A stretch of 64,000 nt of DNA from a virus. The DNA lies in IMG/VR virus record IMGVR_UViG_3300045999_011735, positions 50,997 through 114,996 of that record, one strand, 5' to 3'. A program made the position numbers and the translations under genes. The notes under the pieces were generated by a model, which searched no databases, had not been told where the DNA came from, and saw only the letters and a program-made list of their open reading frames with translations. Within the stretch, counting starts at the first letter, position 1, and each line of letters starts with the position of its first letter. Below are positions 9,574-18,795 of the stretch, in pieces.

Positions 9574-9744
9574 AACCTTGATTTTTGTTTTTTTTATTTA
9601 TTTAATCAAATTAACAAACTAAATATACTATGTTTTTATTTGGTTTCAAAATTTTCCTTAACAAAAAAACATATTTCTGGATATACAAAAACATTTGAAA
9701 TGATTTGTTGATGTCGCGCTGAATTCATGCATACAAACACAACA

Positions 9745-10110
9745 CCATTACCCACATTACTCTGTTTCATTCCACATATTATCAAATATCCATACATAAA
9801 AAAATACCGATATGTTTATGTTTTGATATACTTATATGCTATCTTCCATATTTGGAACGTTTAACATATAACATAAATCTATGTTAATTTGTTGAGTTTC
9901 CCGCGTAAACTTCAATTACCTCTTGTCAATCACGCCTATGGTCACATAAAAAGAAGGCGCGGTAACTACGTTATATTCAACCATAATGTTATACCAGTAT
10001 GTTCCCACGTAGGGACGTTACCCGTTTCTATCGTTCCCCCGTTTCACCGTCCGACGTTTACCCACATTACGTTTATCCACATTACGGTTCCCACGTAACG
10101 TTATATTCTT
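9745..10110 (+). repeat. non-coding cluster of short direct repeats including DnaA-box-like 9-mers
   Basis: TTATCCACA 10073-10081; TTACCCACA 9748 and 10058; GTTCCCACGTA twice; ACGTTATATTC twice. Confidence 0.6.
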
Positions 10111-10157
10111 TCCTGCTTTAATTGCATTAACAAAAAAACGCAACAGAAAAAAATTCA

Positions 10158-10373
10158 TTACTCGTCGTTTTTATTATCCAAAAATTCATCGGTACTCTCC
10201 GCCACACGATATTTCATGTTCATATTATGTCTGAGTTCATCTTCTTCTAATATACGTTCCTTATTTGCTTCCCACCATTCCCTATAGCTTGGTGATGTTA
10301 ACATGCTTCGCTCATGTTGTTCATTATCCCATTGCTTTGCGTTTGGGTCCGTTTCATTGCTATAAACTGCCAT
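10158..10373 (-). CDS. hypothetical early protein
   Basis: ORF. Confidence 0.65.
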   Translation of the reverse strand: MAVYSNETDPNAKQWDNEQHERSMLTSPSYREWWEANKERILEEDELRHNMNMKYRVAESTDEFLDNKNDE

Positions 10374-10387
10374 ATACTATGTTTAAT

Positions 10388-10621
10388 TTATTCATCAATA
10401 TCATTTCCGTCCATATCAAAATCCTCATACGTTTCACATACCTCTCTCAATTCTTGCCCTAGTTCCGATTTGACATCTATTGTTCCTTCATTATCACTTG
10501 TGATGAACCAAAAATCTACTATTTCATCCTCTTGACATTGCACATAAAAAACATCGTCTGGTCCTTCAATAGTCCAATGAATTGTTCTGTAAATTACCTT
10601 GTCGGTTACTTGATAATCCAT
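10388..10621 (-). CDS. acidic hypothetical early protein
   Basis: ORF with leader and promoter. Confidence 0.7.
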   Translation of the reverse strand: MDYQVTDKVIYRTIHWTIEGPDDVFYVQCQEDEIVDFWFITSDNEGTIDVKSELGQELREVCETYEDFDMDGNDIDE

Positions 10622-10670
10622 AACTTTTATTTTAATTATTTAATACGTTAAATATAAGAAAAAAACTTGG

Positions 10671-10874
10671 TCACTCAAAATATCCATTTTGTTGATGCCA
10701 TACTCCGTTTATTTGTATCTCAATTGTGTAATCGCCGTTGTATTTTCTATTTTCGGGATGTGTTAACCATACCTTAACACCTTGTTCCCAAATTTTTAAT
10801 TCATCCCCGTCCCACGCTTGCTCAATGGTTTCTAGTTGTTGCAAATCGCGTTTGCTGTAACTAATTGTATTCAT
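10671..10874 (-). CDS. hypothetical early protein
   Basis: ORF with promoter. Confidence 0.7.
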   Translation of the reverse strand: MNTISYSKRDLQQLETIEQAWDGDELKIWEQGVKVWLTHPENRKYNGDYTIEIQINGVWHQQNGYFE

Positions 10875-10920
10875 AACTAATTTATTTAATTACCTTAAAC
10901 ATACACACAAAAAACTTGGT

Positions 10921-11163
10921 TTACAAATGATTACCCGTAAGCATATTTTGCTTAGTTGTAACCATTAGTGGTGTTTCCCTTGTTCCATACACCCAATGAT
11001 ATAACAAATCATTTACCAATTCTGCATAAAATTCTGGATCTGCCTTGATATCTTCAAGCGTTGATTCAAATGCATTTTCAATTTGCTTTGACCTGTCTAC
11101 ATAGTTAATATCAAGGTAAGGATTGTACCTTTTGTCTGGTGCAAATAGTGGTGTTGTTGTCAT
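10921..11163 (-). CDS. hypothetical early protein
   Basis: ORF with AGGTTATG leader. Confidence 0.7.
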   Translation of the reverse strand: MTTTPLFAPDKRYNPYLDINYVDRSKQIENAFESTLEDIKADPEFYAELVNDLLYHWVYGTRETPLMVTTKQNMLTGNHL

Positions 11164-11170
11164 AACCTAT

Positions 11171-11407
11171 TTATTTAATTACCTTAAAATACTTCTTTAC
11201 ATCATTATATTCCCACCAACCATCATTACATTCACCTTTCCACTCACCTTCAATACAAATAAAATCCCCATCTTCATCTTTTTCCCACACATCACCTACA
11301 ACCAACAAATGAGAAAAAGAACTCTGAAATTCCTTCTCATCTATCATTCCTATACCACTCAAATCCTCGGACACATAGTAAGCGTTTTTTACTACTTTGA
11401 TTTTCAT
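11171..11407 (-). CDS. hypothetical early protein
   Basis: ORF with promoter. Confidence 0.7.
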   Translation of the reverse strand: MKIKVVKNAYYVSEDLSGIGMIDEKEFQSSFSHLLVVGDVWEKDEDGDFICIEGEWKGECNDGWWEYNDVKKYFKVIK

Positions 11408-11511
11408 ATGTTTTAATTTTATGAATTAAATATACAAACAAAAATTATGTTTCCAAGCGTATATACGTATGTTTGTATTGATGTGTTGTACTGCAAAAGC
11501 TCTGCTATTTT

Positions 11512-11754
11512 TTATTTAACAGAGCCGTAAACCATCAAGTTTTCAATAACACACATATACGACCCTTCTCTATTAAAACCATGTGCCTCGTACCATAACA
11601 ACAAATCTTCAATTGATTCACATTCGTTTATTTCATCTTTCATTCCGTTGATATACGGAACAGGGTCATTACCTTCATCGCTATGAAAATCGTTGAGCCA
11701 TTCTGCTTCACTTTTGATAACGATTTGTTTCAAATCATTTAGTGTTATAGCCAT
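11512..11754 (-). CDS. hypothetical early protein
   Basis: ORF with leader. Confidence 0.7.
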   Translation of the reverse strand: MAITLNDLKQIVIKSEAEWLNDFHSDEGNDPVPYINGMKDEINECESIEDLLLWYEAHGFNREGSYMCVIENLMVYGSVK

Positions 11755-11767
11755 AACCTTGATTTAA

Positions 11768-11959
11768 TTACATATAAATTTGTTCTGCTATGTATTCGGC
11801 TAAGTCATCATCATAAATCAATTCGTCCTTGTCGTTAAACAATTCCCAATCGATGATTTTACCTCTATCATCTAGATACTCCTTGTATGTGTATCTGTTT
11901 TCTTCTACTATTACTTCGTAAATAGTAGTTGTTGTTGTTAGTTGTGATAGTATTTGCAT
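11768..11959 (-). CDS. acidic hypothetical early protein
   Basis: ORF with leader and promoter. Confidence 0.7.
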   Translation of the reverse strand: MQILSQLTTTTTIYEVIVEENRYTYKEYLDDRGKIIDWELFNDKDELIYDDDLAEYIAEQIYM

Positions 11960-11997
11960 AACCTTTTATTTAGTTAAATGTATAAACAAAAACTGCG

Positions 11998-12189
11998 TTA
12001 CCCAATTTTGAAATCGGTGTATTGTTCTGCTAGTTCGATTACTTCACCTTCATCTAGTACCATTACACCACCTTCGTCATATAACCCCCAAATGCCATTG
12101 TTTACAAATATCCATTTGTCTTCATGTTGTTGAAATTCTGCTCCGTATTTTTTTAATGCTTTCAAAGCACCATTTAAAATCATATTCAT
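11998..12189 (-). CDS. hypothetical early protein
   Basis: ORF with leader. Confidence 0.7.
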   Translation of the reverse strand: MNMILNGALKALKKYGAEFQQHEDKWIFVNNGIWGLYDEGGVMVLDEGEVIELAEQYTDFKIG

Positions 12190-12194
12190 AACTT

Positions 12195-12407
12195 TTATTT
12201 TATTGTAACGTTATAGTTTGTATCCATCATTTTAAAATGTACAACAAATTCCTTTGGACTAAAAATTAATTCCCAACCACTACACCAACCCCACTCTCCT
12301 TCAACATACACTGATCCTTCTTCTGTTTTGATGAGTTTAACTGCATCACCTTGCATAGCAACAACATTTTCATTGTCTGCTATTCCTTTAATACATTCAA
12401 ATTTCAT
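12195..12407 (-). CDS. hypothetical early protein
   Basis: ORF with promoter. Confidence 0.7.
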   Translation of the reverse strand: MKFECIKGIADNENVVAMQGDAVKLIKTEEGSVYVEGEWGWCSGWELIFSPKEFVVHFKMMDTNYNVTIK

Positions 12408-12457
12408 AACTTATTTATTTAGTTAAATGTAAAAATAAAAGCTAGGTTTTCCTAGCT

Positions 12458-12865
12458 TCATTCTGGATGTAATTCGTATAGATTTATTGTTTCCTTGGTA
12501 TTTATTTTGTAACACTCCCAATAATCACCATCAAACACATACAAATAATCTACATTGTCATCTTTAAGTAAATCATTAAAATATGCGGTTCGTTTACTTG
12601 TATCTGATTCACCTCTGTCTCGTCCATAGGCTAAACACCATTTTTCGTTGTGTGTAGTTCTATCGTTAAAATCTTGTTTTTCACCGATTTCTTCTGATAA
12701 AATACTCAAACTACCTAAGTCAAGTAATTGCCTTACTTTGTTAATGTTTTGGTAGTGTTCAGCTAAAATTTTTCCGTTGTGCTGTGGATAACCATCATAG
12801 TGACAATAAATGTAATCAATGGTTCCATCTGTGTTTCTAACACCAATGTGTGATCTTGTTGCCAT
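12458..12865 (-). CDS. conserved phage protein (MATRS..IYCHYDGYP family)
   Basis: recognisable widespread phage motif, function unknown. Confidence 0.8.
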   Translation of the reverse strand: MATRSHIGVRNTDGTIDYIYCHYDGYPQHNGKILAEHYQNINKVRQLLDLGSLSILSEEIGEKQDFNDRTTHNEKWCLAYGRDRGESDTSKRTAYFNDLLKDDNVDYLYVFDGDYWECYKINTKETINLYELHPE

Positions 12866-12881
12866 AACCTTTATTTTTTAG

Positions 12882-12979
12882 TAGTCAGGACAGGATTCGA
12901 ACCTGTAAATCTTTTCCTTGTGTACTCTAACAATTAAGAGTGTATAAGGTTTTTACGTCTAACATTCCGCCACCTGACT
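12882..12979 (-). ncRNA. tRNA-like element without a canonical anticodon arm
   Basis: Acceptor AGTCAGG/CCTGACT, D arm TGGCGGAATGTTAGACG, T arm ACAGG-TTCGAAT-CCTGT; centre is a long irregular hairpin. Confidence 0.8.
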
Positions 12980-13025
12980 ATCTTTTATTTATTTAAATAT
13001 ACAAACAAAAATTTGGTTTATCTAA

Positions 13026-13295
13026 TTAATTATCTTCTACATCACCCCAAGAATTGATATAAAACCTATATCCTGCTTCTTCAAGTGCTTTACTAATTTC
13101 TCTCGCAATGTGCCAACGTGGCTCTGTATCATGTACTTCAGGATGTTTTGCTTCTACCTTATCAAGACCCTCATTATAGATCTTTTCAATATCTTCTTTA
13201 GTTAATCGAGTCTTACCCAAGATCTTTTTCTTGACTGACTTGACCATTGATTCGCAGGCTCGATCACCTGCTGGTGTAAACATTTCGTATGGCAT
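13026..13295 (-). CDS. hypothetical early protein
   Basis: ORF with leader; HPEVHDTEPR. Confidence 0.75.
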   Translation of the reverse strand: MPYEMFTPAGDRACESMVKSVKKKILGKTRLTKEDIEKIYNEGLDKVEAKHPEVHDTEPRWHIAREISKALEEAGYRFYINSWGDVEDN

Positions 13296-13325
13296 AACCT
13301 TTTTATTTAATTAAAGATAAAAACT

Positions 13326-13802
13326 TTATTTGGTTTCTTCAAACTTAAACGCATTACGAATAGGACGTCTAAAACCATTATTCCTAATTTTAAAATTACC
13401 ATTATCATAAATAACCCCATCCTTAATAGTTAAAGCGTGTCCCCTTACTAATATAAAATAAGTACCTTTGTTGTGTTTCTGAGAAAATGTTCCTACTGTA
13501 TATTGAACTTTCTTGTGGGTATAATCAGGGTTATACAAATCATTAGAAGAAATAGATATAAAATGTTTATTATTTATTTTTACCTCTGCATTTGAAAGGA
13601 TTGATAGTTTAATAGCAGTTAGTGATGTTCCCTCTCGATCAGGTCGTTTTAGATTTTCTTTAACCCATTTGTGTGCTGTTGGATAATCTGTGTCTGCGGC
13701 AATAGCCATTGCTCTAACAACACAATCATTGTTTTCCCATTCAAATCCTGTTTTATCTAAAACAGATGTTGAACTAATTACTTCTGGTTTGTTATTATTC
13801 AT
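13326..13802 (-). CDS. papain-fold/peptidase-like phage protein
   Basis: NDCVVRAMAIA (Cys) and GHALTIKDGVIYD (His). Confidence 0.55.
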   Translation of the reverse strand: MNNNKPEVISSTSVLDKTGFEWENNDCVVRAMAIAADTDYPTAHKWVKENLKRPDREGTSLTAIKLSILSNAEVKINNKHFISISSNDLYNPDYTHKKVQYTVGTFSQKHNKGTYFILVRGHALTIKDGVIYDNGNFKIRNNGFRRPIRNAFKFEETK

Positions 13803-13856
13803 AACCTTTTTTATTTGTATAAATGTACAAACAAAAATTTAGTTTCTAAAAACTAA

Positions 13857-14093
13857 TCACTTCACAATTTCACTATATTTCTTCCAATTAACGGCTCCAT
13901 ATGAAGCATCTTCAATAGGCATAGCTAACATACATTCATTATCAAATTTACCTATTGCTATAAAACCAAACCCTTCACAAATAAGTGGTATGTAATAGTC
14001 ATTTTCCAATAGTTCAAATTCCAAAAGTATATCAAAATCACCTTCAAACCCCATATCATGGAGTTCACAATACTGCTTACTAAAATCAGCCAT
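13857..14093 (-). CDS. hypothetical protein
   Basis: ORF; MADFSKQYC...ICEGFG. Confidence 0.7.
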   Translation of the reverse strand: MADFSKQYCELHDMGFEGDFDILLEFELLENDYYIPLICEGFGFIAIGKFDNECMLAMPIEDASYGAVNWKKYSEIVK

Positions 14094-14104
14094 GTTATGT
14101 TATT

Positions 14105-14455
14105 TTATTCATTAACAAACTCTACAGTTGCAGAAATATAATACTGTCCTCCTTGTTTCCCTATAAACCCTGGAGAACAAGGGCAAGTACAACCACATTT
14201 TTGTCTCCAACCCCATTCTTCATTTTTTACTGCTTCATAAACATTAGGAAATTCTTCCTTTAGTTTTTCAATAACAACAGGGATTACTTCTGTTTTCCAA
14301 ACCTTAGATGGGCGATCATGTCTGTTAAATAAATTGTCTAGGACAGTTTCATTTTCAGGCCAAATATAAAGTTTGTTTGATCCTTTATACGGTTCGTTTT
14401 TTCTGGTGTGGTACGGTTCGTACTCGGCTTTTAAGCCTTTAATTGTAAATTTCAT
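14105..14455 (-). CDS. phage protein with CGCxCPCSPGF motif
   Basis: WRQKCGCTCPCSPGF. Confidence 0.75.
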   Translation of the reverse strand: MKFTIKGLKAEYEPYHTRKNEPYKGSNKLYIWPENETVLDNLFNRHDRPSKVWKTEVIPVVIEKLKEEFPNVYEAVKNEEWGWRQKCGCTCPCSPGFIGKQGGQYYISATVEFVNE

Positions 14456-14493
14456 AACCTTTTATTTATATGAATGTAAGAACAAAAATTGGG

Positions 14494-14856
14494 TTAACAA
14501 CAGTCACCCCAATCTTGTCTAATCCTAAAACCTAAAATTGTCGATAGTATTATATCTTCCTGTTCAAATAAAGCATTTCCAGGAGCATCATCATCAGCAA
14601 TTGTTAGTATTTCAGATATACTAACAGCCTTATTTACTTTCTCGATTTGTTTTTCACTTATGTTTTCTGATGTTCGAATCATATCAGCAAACATTTCAAC
14701 ATCAGCTAAGCAATCATTATTGGCTGCGTTTTTAATTTCATTCATCATGTCTGTACAAAAATCATAACTTGATCTTTTAATTAGATCAATTACTTGCCTT
14801 TTAGCAACATTTAAATTATACTTTTTTTCAAGTACTTGGGGTTTTTTCTTTGCCAT
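14494..14856 (-). CDS. hypothetical early protein
   Basis: ORF with leader and promoter. Confidence 0.7.
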   Translation of the reverse strand: MAKKKPQVLEKKYNLNVAKRQVIDLIKRSSYDFCTDMMNEIKNAANNDCLADVEMFADMIRTSENISEKQIEKVNKAVSISEILTIADDDAPGNALFEQEDIILSTILGFRIRQDWGDCC

Positions 14857-14902
14857 AACCTTTATTTTTATTTAGATAAATGTATGAAAGAAAATTTAGT
14901 TT

Positions 14903-15814
14903 CTAAATTACCACTTGTGTTTGTATAGCGCTGTTGTCTAATAATCCCTTACTAACAACATAATCATGGTCAAACTTTACTTTACCAAAATCTTCCCAAA
15001 ACACATTCATGATGCGGTGGTCAACTGTAAATGGTCCTACTTCAAATTGATTTATTCCAATCATATGATAAATTGGTCCAAGTAAAAATTCATCATTAAT
15101 TACTCTAGAACCTTCATATAATCCTATTTGCTTTGTTTCGTATAAATGAACAACCATTTCATTCCAAATAGTAAACAACTTCATCATTTGTTCTTCACTT
15201 TCAAATATAAACAAACGAGCTGCGGCATCAGGAGTAAATACAATTTCATCTGTTGTTTCATAATTATACTTTTCCTTTAATATATTCCAAGTCAGTTCTA
15301 ATTGTGGGCAATGATTTTTAGTTGTACCATAAATTGCTACTGCATTGTATAGTTTGTTTTTGTAACTAAACATATGATTGAATGTTTTGCCTAACACATC
15401 CATTTCAACCATTCGTTTAAAACTAAAACAAGAATCAACACACATCATAGCAACATTTGTAATACCTAAACGTTGTGCTTGAATTAAATTAAAACGATAC
15501 ACAGAAAAAGAAAACTTACTACCTGCACCTAAATTCTGTGTGATGTAGTTATAATGTTCTTCTGCTGTCATTCCTGTATAGAATTTTTCATATGGTTCTA
15601 TCTCAGGATATTCACTATAAAAATCTTGTAGTTCATTAACTATTAAGTTTTTACGTGTGCATTGATTAAAGTATTCTTTGTTGTCTGTTAGAACAAGATA
15701 ATAGATGTTTTCATCATCTATACAATTATACTCTAGTTGGTACAAAGTTATTTCACGAAATGTTTCTCCACCACAAATGTAACCAATAGCTACTTTCTCA
15801 TTTAATTGACTCAT
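14903..15814 (-). CDS. putative GT-A glycosyltransferase-like protein (paralog of 56918..57979)
   Basis: Shared VLTD...FSFSVYRF...LGITNV.M..D pattern; NDE near the C-terminus. Confidence 0.55.
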   Translation of the reverse strand: MSQLNEKVAIGYICGGETFREITLYQLEYNCIDDENIYYLVLTDNKEYFNQCTRKNLIVNELQDFYSEYPEIEPYEKFYTGMTAEEHYNYITQNLGAGSKFSFSVYRFNLIQAQRLGITNVAMMCVDSCFSFKRMVEMDVLGKTFNHMFSYKNKLYNAVAIYGTTKNHCPQLELTWNILKEKYNYETTDEIVFTPDAAARLFIFESEEQMMKLFTIWNEMVVHLYETKQIGLYEGSRVINDEFLLGPIYHMIGINQFEVGPFTVDHRIMNVFWEDFGKVKFDHDYVVSKGLLDNSAIQTQVVI

Positions 15815-16187
15815 TGCTATCTTCTTCGTTTAATCGTTTTAATTCGTCTTTACCTTCTTCGCTCAATCCATAAAGTATTTCTCCAGTATCACTTATACTT
15901 ATCTCTAGTAATCCTTTATCACTTAAATCTTCTAACGCTTTGTCAACCATCATTTCTACTCCTAAACGATAAGCTTCATCCATTTCTTCATCACTCAACA
16001 TAAATGTTTCTTCTTTACCTATGATATAGTCTTGGTATTTTTCAACACACTTTTTCCTTATTTCAATACACCAGTATTCTACTATTAATGTATCTATTTC
16101 ATTAGTATCTTTAATTTCAAGTAAGCCTTGAATTAAAATATCTGCGTAGTCATCCCCGCTTTGTATATTGTAACCATCTAAACTCAT
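15798..16187 (-). CDS. acidic winged-helix-like protein
   Basis: LEDLSDKGLLEI...YGLSEEGK. Confidence 0.6.
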   Translation of the reverse strand: MSLDGYNIQSGDDYADILIQGLLEIKDTNEIDTLIVEYWCIEIRKKCVEKYQDYIIGKEETFMLSDEEMDEAYRLGVEMMVDKALEDLSDKGLLEISISDTGEILYGLSEEGKDELKRLNEEDSNESIK

Positions 16188-16306
16188 TGTAACTGTTTCT
16201 TATACATATGTTAATTCAAATGTATATAATTAATTGTTGCAAATACATTTTCCGTATCAATAGGAATGTATGCTGTGTGTTCATTTACTCTAAACATATT
16301 GTAAGT

Positions 16307-16576
16307 TTATGATTCTGGATTTGGTTTCTCGTTTGGGGCTGGTTTGTTATTTCCAACACCTAATCCTTCATATTTGAGGAGAGCATTTGCAACGTATAAT
16401 TGCACTTTGTGAAGATATTTCATCTGCTCAATTTCACTAATCATTTTAAGACGATCTGATTCTTTAATTTTGCTTTCTTGAAGATAGTCAAGACATATCT
16501 TCTTTGCTTCGTCTAAAGTTTTTGCTTCGAAAACTTGTGTTGCAATTTGGTCGAGTGTTGATACTAGGGGTTTCAT
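16307..16576 (-). CDS. hypothetical protein
   Basis: ORF; NALLKYEGLGV. Confidence 0.75.
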   Translation of the reverse strand: MKPLVSTLDQIATQVFEAKTLDEAKKICLDYLQESKIKESDRLKMISEIEQMKYLHKVQLYVANALLKYEGLGVGNNKPAPNEKPNPES

Positions 16577-16798
16577 AACTTTTTAATTTAACCTCAATTT
16601 ACATTCTTAATTGGGTTTCTCCAAATCTACTCTTCATACTTACTATCTAAATCAACAATATGGTTACTCCACCACTGTCTAAACTTGTTTGATTTAGGTT
16701 TATCTTCTAAGATACCTGATATGTACATTATAGAAATTATTACTCCAATAGAAAGAGCAAATAATATAATAAGTAATTTTAATATAAACATAAATTGA

Positions 16799-17095
16799 TT
16801 ATTTTCTTTTTAGAAATAAATTAGCAATAAGTCCTATAACAACATATCCTATTTGTGTTACTAAATAACCCATATAGTATGTACTTGTATTACGTGGACC
16901 AATAATGTGATAAATTCCTATTATGTAAATAAGAAAAAATAGTATTTGAAATAAAAGTAAAAACTTTACTCTACCTTCAAAGCGATAATCGTCTTTTGTA
17001 TCCCAAAATAGTTTGACTATACCTGCAGTAGCAAAAACATAGAATAGGATAAATCCTAAACTTGATAACAATGATTTTAAATCTTTATAGTCCAT
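16799..17095 (-). CDS. three-TM membrane protein
   Basis: three hydrophobic segments. Confidence 0.7.
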   Translation of the reverse strand: MDYKDLKSLLSSLGFILFYVFATAGIVKLFWDTKDDYRFEGRVKFLLLFQILFFLIYIIGIYHIIGPRNTSTYYMGYLVTQIGYVVIGLIANLFLKRK

Positions 17096-17124
17096 AACCT
17101 TTTATTTTGAATATACAACCTTTT

Positions 17125-17361
17125 TTATGGTTTCAAATCTTCTTTTTCTACTTCTATAGACATATCAGTATCATCAATTATACCTTTCTCGTGTAATTTT
17201 TTAGCCATAACAAAACTAGTTACAGTATGTACAAACTGGTTGCTTCTGAGTTGGATTAATTCTTTTTCTACTTTGTTTAGCTTATACATGCAAATAAGAA
17301 AACCAAAAGTACTAACAACGTTATATGCTGTTTGTAAGTCAAATTGTAGAGTCATTGTCAT
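17125..17361 (-). CDS. hypothetical protein
   Basis: ORF. Confidence 0.55.
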   Translation of the reverse strand: MTMTLQFDLQTAYNVVSTFGFLICMYKLNKVEKELIQLRSNQFVHTVTSFVMAKKLHEKGIIDDTDMSIEVEKEDLKP

Positions 17362-17563
17362 TGTTTTTTAGAAATGAAGGTTTTGTCCATTCTACTTGAT
17401 CAATAGTTGTATCTGGTTCTACTTCAATCCAAGCAGGAACAATATATTTCTTTTGGTCAGTTGGGCTAATAAAGAATGTGGGTGGCAAAACACCTTCGTA
17501 CTTATATTTTTTCATAACCATTTGTTTTGAATCAGTATTCATCATCATATTCCCCTTCATCAT
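17339..17563 (-). CDS. hypothetical protein
   Basis: ORF; KKYIVPAWIEV; start likely internal. Confidence 0.6.
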   Translation of the reverse strand: MMKGNMMMNTDSKQMVMKKYKYEGVLPPTFFISPTDQKKYIVPAWIEVEPDTTIDQVEWTKPSFLKNNDNDSTI

Positions 17564-17777
17564 AGAAGTTATTCAAATCCTTCAATGATAAAATACCTTC
17601 ACCCTCACTAATCAAATTGTAAATAATACCTTCATCTTCATTTTCCATAGAATAATCAATCAATGAATCTATGTCGTTTACTCCTAATTCTTCATATGCT
17701 TCATCTAAGATATTTAACCACATATCATCATTACTCAATTGATCATGTAATTCTAATAGTTGATCATAAATGTTCAT
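17532..17777 (-). CDS. highly acidic small protein
   Basis: D/E-rich, a single Lys and no Arg in 81 aa. Confidence 0.65.
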   Translation of the reverse strand: MNIYDQLLELHDQLSNDDMWLNILDEAYEELGVNDIDSLIDYSMENEDEGIIYNLISEGEGILSLKDLNNFYDEGEYDDEY

Positions 17778-17813
17778 TGTTATCTTAATTTTAAATAAAT
17801 ATACTAAACTAAT

Positions 17814-18266
17814 TTATTCCCCAAATACCCAACTACATTCTGCAAAAGCTTTATTTGTATTTTGTTTAGCAAAATCTTCGGCTTGAATTTCATAGGGGTT
17901 CTTCCAATAACCAAATTTTTCTGTATAGTAAAAATATAACTTCATATTTTGAGTATAATGACAATACTCATGTAATAATGAAGCTGTTAATGATTTTATT
18001 GTTTTGTTTCGTTTTAAATGTATTGTTATTAAATTATCTTCTTTAACCCAATCAGCCATATTATCATAATTCTTAGTATTGCGTCTTAAAACATAAACAC
18101 CTGGTTTGCGTTTTGGTGCTTTATACCTGTATATTTTGAATTTGATTTTTTTATGATAAGGGGTATGATACTCCTTATGTAATAGGTTAAGTACTTCTTT
18201 AATATAAGCCAATAATACTTTTCGAGATAAGTTTCGAGTACGAGTATATAGGGATATATTGCTCAT
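17814..18266 (-). CDS. zincin-like metallopeptidase
   Basis: LLHEYCH (HExxH) and NPYEIQA. Confidence 0.75.
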   Translation of the reverse strand: MSNISLYTRTRNLSRKVLLAYIKEVLNLLHKEYHTPYHKKIKFKIYRYKAPKRKPGVYVLRRNTKNYDNMADWVKEDNLITIHLKRNKTIKSLTASLLHEYCHYTQNMKLYFYYTEKFGYWKNPYEIQAEDFAKQNTNKAFAECSWVFGE

Positions 18267-18495
18267 AGAAGAGGGGGATTTCGTATCTAAATATACGACT
18301 GAAATCTCACCCTTCCAAAAATGTAAAAGAACTTTTTAAATCGTTATGTTCTAGTTCTGTTCTGTTTTTAGCTCGTTATATTCCTCTTCATCATGTTGCT
18401 GTTTCAACCATTCTTCATAACGATAATCAGCATCAATTGTATCAGGCCATAAATCAGCATATCTATCTGTTATCAATTCTTTAATTTTACTCATA

Positions 18496-18720
18496 TTATT
18501 CTCCAATTGTAACGTCAAAACGAATGTGAGCTAATACTAATTTTTCTTTACCTAATTCAAAGACTTTGATTTGCTCAATCTCGTCTCCTTCCAGTTCCTC
18601 GATATCAATATATTCTTGAATTGCTTCGATAACTTGCTCGCGAGTTCCTGTTGCAATAAATTCATTTTGATAATCATCAAAAGCGATGTAATTGGGTGGG
18701 AGTGTTTTTTTCTTTGACAT
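18496..18720 (-). CDS. hypothetical early protein
   Basis: ORF with leader and promoter. Confidence 0.7.
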   Translation of the reverse strand: MSKKKTLPPNYIAFDDYQNEFIATGTREQVIEAIQEYIDIEELEGDEIEQIKVFELGKEKLVLAHIRFDVTIGE

Positions 18721-18754
18721 AACTTTTATTTTTTGTTTACAATAAATTTAAAAA

Positions 18755-18779
18755 TGGGAGCTTGGTTTCCCAAGCTCCC
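18755..18779 (-). terminator. terminator hairpin overlapping a promoter
   Basis: GGGAGCTTGG-GAAA-CCAAGCTCCC-ATTTTT on the minus strand, followed by TAAATTTA. Confidence 0.7.
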
Positions 18780-18795
18780 GGTAACAACACAACTA

